DNA from: Candidatus Vampirococcus lugosii
GTDB taxonomy: Bacteria; Patescibacteriota; Gracilibacteria; Absconditabacterales; Absconditicoccaceae
Direction: 5' to 3'
DNA: 6,976 nt
NCBI RefSeq assembly: GCF_018420025.1
Contig: NZ_JAEDAM010000051.1
Span: 1 to 6,976 of the forward strand
A program made the position numbers and the translations under genes. Below are positions 4,785 through 6,976 of the stretch, one piece after another. Every line of letters starts with the position of its first letter. Position 1 is the stretch's first letter. The notes beneath the pieces are model-generated. The model ran no database searches, had not been told where the DNA came from, and worked only from the letters and a program-made list of their open reading frames with translations.

Positions 4785-4887
4785 TAGTAATTACTCTTTT
4801 TTTATTAAGTAATTACACAATAATTTACAGTAATTACTATTTTTCAAGTAATTACAGAATATTTTATCAAGTAATTACTATAATTAC
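4785..4887. repeat. Array 2 of the palindromic motif GTAATTAC (5 perfect copies plus degenerate partners)
   Basis: Perfect copies are at 4787-4794, 4809-4816, 4830-4837, 4848-4855 and 4871-4878, with start-to-start spacing of 22, 21, 18 and 23 bp. A one-mismatch partner ATAATTAC is at 4880-4887, 9 bp after the last copy. A degenerate TAATTTAC is at 4821-4828, 9 bp before the third copy. Confidence 0.85.
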
Positions 4888-4940
4888 ATTTTAATAGATT
4901 AAATATATTTTTAATAAGTTTTGTTACTATAAATATATTT

Positions 4941-6959
4941 ATGCAAGACAATTTAACACCAATGATGAAACAATATGTAGAGACTAAAAAAAAATATCCT
5001 GAAGGTATATTATTATTTAGAGCTGGAGATTTTTATGAGATGTTTTACGATGATGCAAAAATAGCATCTGAAATACTAAACATAACTTTAACAAAAAGAG
5101 GCTCTGAAAAAATAAATGTTCCTTTAGCTGGAATTCCTTTTCATTCTATAGATCCATACATAGCAAAATTAGTTAAAGCAGGAAAAAAAGTTGTAATTTG
5201 TGAACAAACAGAAAATCCAAAAAAAGCAAAAGGTTTAGTTAAAAGAGAAGTTACTAGAGTAATTACTCCTTCAACTTTATTTTCACAAAACTATGAAAAT
5301 AATTTTCTTTGTTCAATAACATACTTAAATTCATCCTTTGGTTTTTCAATTATAGACATAACTACAGGTGAATTTAAAGCTACAAACTTTACTAATCTTT
5401 CAACATTACTTAATGAATTAAATTCAATAAAACCAAAAGAATTATTACTTACAAAAAATATTCTTAAAAATTACAAATTATATGATGAAATAAAAAAAAC
5501 ATTACCAAACACAATTATTAATTATACACAAAATTTAGATTTAAATAACTCTTTAGAAAATCTAAAAAAACATTTTAATTTAAGTTCTTTAGAGGGTTTT
5601 GGAATTTCAAAAAATCCAGAAATAATAATCTCTTGTAATAACGCTTTAGTTTATTTAAAAGAAACACAGTTTTCTAAATTAGAATATATTAAAGTAATTA
5701 CTAGATATTCCTCTAAAAAATATTTAATGCTTGATAGAAAAACTATTAGAAATTTAGAATTAGTTTCAAATCTTCAAGATAATACTATAAAATATTCTTT
5801 ATTTTATTTAATAAACAATACAAAAACTGCAATGGGTTATAGAAAATTATTTTTTGATATAACTCATCCTTTATTAGAAAGAGAAGAAATTAAACAAAGA
5901 CTAGATGCTATTGAATATTTAAAAGATAATTTAGTTTATTTTCAATCAATTAATGAAAACCTATCATATATTTCAGATATTGAAAGAATTATAAGCAAAG
6001 TTGGTTTTAATAATGCCTCACCAAGAGATTTAGTTTCACTTAGACAATCTTTAGATATTATTCCTGAAATTAAATTTATTTTAAAAAAAACAGATAATAA
6101 ACTATTACAAGAAATAGATAAAAATTTAGAAGATGTAAAAGATTTAAGAGAATTACTACATAAATCTATTGTAGATCAACCCCCTTTTAGTGTAAGAGAA
6201 GGTAAATTTATTAAAGTAGATTATAATAAAGAATTAAATGAATTAATAAACATACATAAAACTATAGATTCCTGGATTACAGAATATGAATATAAATTAA
6301 AAAATGAATTAAACATAAAATCTTTAAAATTAAAATTTAATAAAATATTTGGTTATTACATAGAGATTCCTAAAACCTATACATCTAAAGTTCCAGATTA
6401 TTTTGAAAAAAAACAAACTTTAGTTAATGCAGAAAGATATACAACTAAAGAATTATCTCAAAAAGAAGAAACTTTAATTAATGCTAAAGAAAAAAGATTT
6501 GATTTAGAATTTCAAATATTTACAGATATTTGTAAAGATGTTTTAAATTATCAATCAACAATACAAAACATTTCTAAATATTTAGGTTTTTTAGATTTAA
6601 TAATATCTCATACAAACACATCTATAACAAATAACTATAATAAACCAAATCTAAAAGAAACAAATAGACTTTATTTTAAAGATTTAAGACATCCAATTAT
6701 AGAAAAACAAACTGAATTTATCCCAAATGATTGTGATTTAGATAATGAGAATAGAACTATGATAATAACAGGCCCAAATATGTCTGGAAAGAGTAGTTAT
6801 ATGAGAAGTGTTTGCCTTTCTATTATTTTAACACATACAGGGTGCTTTATTCCTGTTAATGACTCTGAAATTGGTTATATTGATGGTGTATTTACTAGAG
6901 TAGGCGCATCTGATGATATCTTACATGGACAAAGCACTTTTTTAGTTGAGATGTCTTAA
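4941..6959 (+). CDS. mutS: DNA mismatch repair protein MutS (bacterial MutS1 type). The ORF stops at an in-frame TAA after the STF(L)VEM motif, before Walker B and the C-terminal domains
   Basis: The N-terminal mismatch-recognition domain carries the Phe-X-Glu motif (GDFYEMF, F31/E33). Also present are the Walker A motif ITGPNMSGKSSYMRSV and the motif GQSTFLVEMS. The alignment is colinear with E. coli MutS up to about residue 675 of about 850. The stop lies 17 nt before the window end. Confidence 0.9.
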   Translation: MQDNLTPMMKQYVETKKKYPEGILLFRAGDFYEMFYDDAKIASEILNITLTKRGSEKINVPLAGIPFHSIDPYIAKLVKAGKKVVICEQTENPKKAKGLVKREVTRVITPSTLFSQNYENNFLCSITYLNSSFGFSIIDITTGEFKATNFTNLSTLLNELNSIKPKELLLTKNILKNYKLYDEIKKTLPNTIINYTQNLDLNNSLENLKKHFNLSSLEGFGISKNPEIIISCNNALVYLKETQFSKLEYIKVITRYSSKKYLMLDRKTIRNLELVSNLQDNTIKYSLFYLINNTKTAMGYRKLFFDITHPLLEREEIKQRLDAIEYLKDNLVYFQSINENLSYISDIERIISKVGFNNASPRDLVSLRQSLDIIPEIKFILKKTDNKLLQEIDKNLEDVKDLRELLHKSIVDQPPFSVREGKFIKVDYNKELNELINIHKTIDSWITEYEYKLKNELNIKSLKLKFNKIFGYYIEIPKTYTSKVPDYFEKKQTLVNAERYTTKELSQKEETLINAKEKRFDLEFQIFTDICKDVLNYQSTIQNISKYLGFLDLIISHTNTSITNNYNKPNLKETNRLYFKDLRHPIIEKQTEFIPNDCDLDNENRTMIITGPNMSGKSSYMRSVCLSIILTHTGCFIPVNDSEIGYIDGVFTRVGASDDILHGQSTFLVEMS

Positions 6960-6976
6960 ATCTTTAAAATAAAGTC

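Noticed and set aside
5259-5701. The two GTAATTAC copies inside mutS (5259-5266, 5694-5701) as functional intragenic operator sites
   Set aside because: Both are GTA-ATT-ACT (Val-Ile-Thr) codon strings in ordinary coding context. They are isolated rather than arrayed. They could be bound if a factor exists, but the sequence alone gives no reason to call them functional.
6957-6959. TAA reassigned as a sense codon, which would explain the in-frame TAA in mutS and the TAA just before the GTG start at 1364
   Set aside because: xer, tfe and trm56 all end at TAA at positions matching the normal C-termini of their families. The coiled-coil and 200-aa ORFs also end at TAA. A genome-wide reassignment is therefore not supported. 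A local mutation, error or split gene is more parsimonious.

Overview
The window comes from an extremely AT-rich archaeal genome. Three markers support this: transcription factor E, the archaea-specific SPOUT enzyme aTrm56, and an initiator-type tRNA-Met with an A1:U72 pair. A small-genome or DPANN-like host is only an inference from composition.

Layout, left to right:
- 3' end of a XerA-type tyrosine recombinase (1-402)
- small Lys/Glu-rich coiled-coil ORF (441-698)
- PRC-barrel protein (887-1240)
- 200-aa orphan with a GTG start (1364-1966)
- convergent gene for a Gln/Asn-rich protein with a putative winged-helix C-terminus (1967-2557, minus)
- about 500 bp of gene-free DNA (2558-3059)
- tRNA-iMet, tfe and trm56 on the minus strand
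- a tRNA-Lys(UUU)/tRNA-Lys(CUU)/tRNA-Phe(GAA) operon on the plus strand
- a bacterial-type mutS (4941-6959)

The strongest unexplained signal is the 8-bp palindrome GTAATTAC. Ten perfect copies sit in two five-copy intergenic arrays, 2565-2688 and 4787-4878. The first array lies over the predicted promoter of the Q/N-rich wHTH gene. The second lies between the tRNA operon and mutS. This looks like an operator, iteron or centromere-like site set for an unidentified DNA-binding protein, and the adjacent wHTH protein is the obvious candidate.

Other points of interest are a roughly 9% GC gene-free stretch with internal repeats, a duplicated promoter-like 12-mer, a mutS ORF ending at an in-frame TAA where a conserved Glu codon is expected, and a 32-bp palindrome just downstream of xer.
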